Origin: Stegostoma tigrinum
Lineage: Eukaryota
Assembly: GCF_030684315.1 (NCBI RefSeq)
Contig: NC_081391.1
Location: forward strand, 21,226,629-21,290,628
DNA length: 64,000 bases
Direction of reading: 5' to 3'
Each line of letters starts with the position of its first letter. The first letter of the stretch is position 1. Of this stretch, positions 59,801 through 64,000 are shown in pieces. The notes below the pieces were generated by a model. The model had not been told where the DNA came from. It ran no database searches and saw only the letters and a program-made list of their open reading frames with translations. The position numbers and the translations under genes were made by a program.

Positions 59801-60988
59801 GGACGGGGTTTGAATTCCACCTGTACAAGGCACCTTTAATGTGGGAAAGCTGTTACACATCAGCAGAGACATGGTCCTTTACACAAGGTAGACCCAGTTC
59901 CACTGGCAAAGAAATGTTGACTGGGGATCCCCCCACTGCTGGCCAACACCCACTGTCACAGCCAACGATCGCACACACCTATCTTCCACCTGGATGGCCG
60001 CTGGGGACTGGTTTTGCATTGCACCTTATCAGGAGCCTCCCCTCGATCGTACCGTCCAGGGTGGCCCTGCCAGGAGGTGAAATCCTCTTCAGGTATCCCT
60101 CTCAGAACCAACAGAACACTCGAGGCTTTCCATCACTGCGAGGTGACAATCCACAGGCAGGAGCTGGAGGCAGGGAGATTCTGCTCAGGTACAGACCCGC
60201 CACAGAATCGGAGAATTGTTATGGCACAGCAGGAGGCCATTCGGTTCTTTGTGCCTGTACCTGTTCTGGTTGTTTTCTAAATCTGCCTGTAGAGATGATT
60301 TAAGAGCTCTGGATCTGGTAGGAACTTGTACCAAGGCCTCCTGGTCCACAGCTAGGGACATTACCCCTAAACCACAAGACCCTAGCTGCGCTGGTTGCAG
60401 AAACATAGGATCATAGAAAAGAAATGTTGAGTCGGCCATTCATCCCTTCCAGCCGGCTCTGCCATTCCATGTGATTGTGGCTGATTCCATAACTCGGCAC
60501 CATATTCTCACCCTCTCTGCAATCCCCTTTGATCCAGCCCTCAAAGCTCTCCCCAATTCCTGTTTTGGCTTCAATCGTTTTCTGTGGCAGAGAATTCCAC
60601 AGGTTCCACCACTTCGCCCCCCGAGGTGAAGAGATTTCTCCTCACCTCAGTCCTAAACGTATCCTTAGATTGCAAACCCTGGTCCTGGCCTCCCCCATAA
60701 TCAGGAACATCCTTCCTGTCTTTTCCACAGCAGACACTGTTATAATTTTTCTATGACCCAGAGACAATTTCCCACCCTTCTTTCCCAAATCCCAGCACAA
60801 CAAGCTGAGAAACGGATGCCCCTCTTCCTCATTGAATCCCTCGTGCATTTGGTCACAACCACCTTAATTTTTAAAAAATGTGTAACTTTTTTGAAACCAA
60901 ATTGACTTCTTTTAGAAAAGAACCAAATGATCTATGACCTGATTGAGTGCTGCAGAAGGTTTGAGATGCCGAATGGCCTCCTGCTGTT

Positions 60989-61250
60989 CCAATCACAGAA
61001 TAACCATCCAGACCTGGCTCTCATCTCCACCTCTGATCAGCTCTGCTTAACACACCCTCCCCCTCTCTCTCATTGGTGCCTGTATGCAGGGGTGGTACCT
61101 GATTGGCCACCAGCAACTGTCAGTCATCATCAGTTCTGCCTCTCTCTGTGTGACTGCAGGATGGTCCCAGGACTATAAATACAAGAGCCTGTGGGAGAGA
61201 GAGACTTAGTTCTAGAGTTTTCTTGGTGCTTGTGAGCAGGAATAGTGAAG
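60989..61250 (+). promoter_or_regulatory. Ferritin copy 10 promoter
   Basis: Same conserved block; TATAAATA 61174-61181. Confidence 0.75.
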
Positions 61251-63646
<2,396 letters not shown>

Positions 63647-64000
63647 GTGAGGTCAATAATGTGTCTGTTGTACATGGTGACATAATGCTAGTAACTTGGT
63701 TGTGCTCTGAGCAAATTAAAATAGTGTTCACCATGGAACTGAGTACTTTGTATAATTTCACAGCTGCTTCTGGCTCTTGGTATTGCTGTTTGACACCTGA
63801 TCATTAATTCCTTTTCTGTTCTGATTAACCTTTGATTCAATGCCTGCCCCAGTCGTCTGCTCCTTTTCTCTTCACTTGTTTGTAGGAATTAGGTGGGCAA
63901 TCCTTGCAGTGGAAATTCCACAAGTGTTCAATTTGGGTTTTTGGCTAGTAAGCAGTGTTGTATTGACTTTTTTATTCCAAACCAGCTTCTAGTCAATATC

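Overview
Eukaryotic genomic DNA, not prokaryotic. The CR1, Penelope and HE1-like repeats suggest a cartilaginous fish, probably a shark; this is inferred, not verified. The window is a head-to-tail (+ strand) tandem array of ten 4-exon ferritin genes of the heavy-chain-B/middle-subunit type, in units of about 5-8 kb, and the spacers at both edges suggest it continues. Six copies have intact 173-aa ORFs with all ferroxidase ligands (4562, 10578, 18896, 37212, 54435, 61251). One is damaged by a 5'UTR fold-back insertion and a lost splice donor (24099). Three lack the promoter and exon 1 (30879 with stops, 43544 otherwise intact, 48490 with a lost acceptor). None of the short 5' leaders has an iron-responsive element. 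Introns and spacers fall into a few types that are shuffled between copies, mostly switching within exons. Spacers hold nested CR1 LINEs and Penelope-like elements with hammerhead-like cores. A conserved C/D-box-like motif lies in intron 2 of all ten copies.
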